From: Camelus ferus | Lineage: Eukaryota | Assembly (NCBI RefSeq): GCF_009834535.1 | Contig: NC_045698.1 | Location: forward strand, 5,024,001 to 5,088,000 | Length of the DNA: 64,000 bases | Direction of reading: 5' to 3' | Shown here: positions 62,618-64,000 of the stretch, one piece after another | Layout: each line of letters opens with the position of its first letter | How positions within the stretch are numbered: the stretch's first letter is position 1 | Translations under genes and position numbers: made by a program | Notes under the pieces: model-generated | Database searches by the model: none | What the model saw: only the letters and a program-made list of their open reading frames with translations | What the model was told of the DNA's origin: nothing

Positions 62618-62848
62618 TAAGGTCACGTTAGGGCTGAGGGGCCTTTGTCTGCCCCTTCCTCCCTAAAAGTATATTCACGATTATAGTTTACACTGTGTTA
62701 GCATGAAGATGCCTGTAACCTTTGAGTCTAAAATCTTGGGTTTTTGTTGTTCTGATTTTGAAAGAGATGAAAACACTTTTGTGGGCCCCTAAAAATAGTG
62801 TGGGACTCAGGCACGGTGTCCACTGTGCCTAGAGGGAAGGTCACCCTG
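62618..62848 (-). mobile_element. hAT-Tip100 MITE (ORSL-like)
   Basis: gccccttcctccctaaaa...ttctgattttgaaag...gtgggcccctaaaaatagtgtggg...actgtgcctagagggaaggtcaccctg. Confidence 0.6.
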
Positions 62849-64000
62849 CAGCCCGACCAGGCACTTCTCAGTGATCGAGACTGTGATATAAAAAAAAAAA
62901 AAGTGAGAGGCTCCAATATTTAGAACCAAACCCACATAGGGTCTCATTATAGAACGTGCCCAGCACGGCAGCACATTGGGTCTCTGTCTTGTTGACAGCT
63001 GGGCCTTCTAAGGGAGACGTACAGGGAGACCTCCTGCGGGCGGCTTGCTTTCCCCTTTCCTGGAGGAACTCGCAGGCGCTGTCTTCCGTTCCTTTAGCCA
63101 CGAGTTTTCACTTGACGGTCAGGCCCATTTTCACACCATTTTCAACCTTTCTGGGGAAATCAGAGCCAGTGAGGTCAGTGATTGTTTCTCTCCTGTTGGG
63201 TTAATGAAATAAGTGAAAAGTCACACTAGGAAGGCAGCTGTCCTGGTTATTTCCTGGTTAGCTTTCTGTCCGCAGCTCAGTTAAGTTAAGTTCATTTGGG
63301 GAGGCTTAAAATAAAATCAGCTTTCAGGGCTCCACGTGTGTAGAGATCGTGGTCTCAAATTTGACATCTTCAGAAGACACACTGTCGTGTCCCTGCGGAC
63401 CTTGGTTTGTGGATGTGGAGCCCGTGTGATGGGGAGGGCCGCAGCCTGGGGGGATCTGGTCCCCTTTTGCAGGGACTGGGACAGGTGTCCGAGGGTCAGA
63501 GTGCATCAAGGCACCTCATCCTGGACAGAAATAGCAGTGGACGGGGGATGAGGACATCATGTTTGATCCTCTTATCTTCTGGCTGCTCTGAAAACAGACC
63601 CTTCCTGCGCTCCGGGACTGGCCCCACGTGGGGTAGCCGCTGTCTCTGCACAAGCAGAGGGTGGAGCACGCGGTGTTGGCAGCACCAACTCCCCCATCCG
63701 ATCGGATCCTGGGCTGGAGTCCTGGTCCTCTTCCCATCAGCTCCACAACCTCAGGAACTCCTTTCCATTCCCCGTGCCTCTGTTTTCTCACCTGTAGAGT
63801 AGTGTGAACACCGGTAACCCCCGCAGGGTTGTTGTAAGTGTTCAAGAGCATGATACACTTGAGTGCTCAGCACAGGAATATGTATATGGTAGTGTTTGCT
63901 GTGGTTGGTGCTGCTCTTTTCCCCCAGGTACCACGTGACATAAAATTGTGGGAGAGAAGGAGGTGAAGGCACTGAGGGTGCCTGGTCTTTCTCCTTGTTA

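Larger units (their letters stand above)
46254..64000 (+). other. ADCY2: ADCY2 intron 1 (continues past window end)
   Basis: No EVEDHVAFLITVP-encoding exon 2 seen downstream. Region is repeat-rich, with L1/LTR elements antisense to the gene. Confidence 0.8.

Noticed and set aside
1..64000. CRISPR arrays, operons, rRNA/snRNA genes, NUMTs, processed pseudogenes, ADCY2 exon 2
   Set aside because: None recognised on reading. The tandem repeats present have only 2-4 units and lack repeat-spacer structure; the DNA is mammalian intergenic/intronic.

Overview
Mammalian genomic DNA, most likely a camelid (alpaca/llama/camel), judged from four tRNA-Ala-derived vic-1-like SINEs and the absence of bovid, pig or primate SINEs. 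The only supportable protein-coding feature is coding exon 1 of adenylate cyclase 2 (ADCY2, + strand, 46014-46253), in a CpG island (~43.7-46.65 kb). It is followed by ~17.7 kb of intron 1; exon 2 was not found in the window. The upstream ~43 kb is intergenic and rich in L1, L2, MIR, ERV/MaLR LTR and hAT/Tigger remnants, several of them nested. Apart from ADCY2 and a few L1 ORF2 remnants, the ORF track appears to be noise. I found no convincing novel biological system. The best leads are a lengthened Ala/Gly-Ser coding repeat and a Gly->Arg change in the ADCY2 N-terminus, candidate CTCF, RFX and PAR-bZIP sites, a reconstructable two-LTR MaLR provirus in intron 1, and local tandem duplications. 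Repeat subfamily names and ortholog comparisons come from recalled sequences, not from a search, and repeat boundaries are approximate unless a TSD is given.
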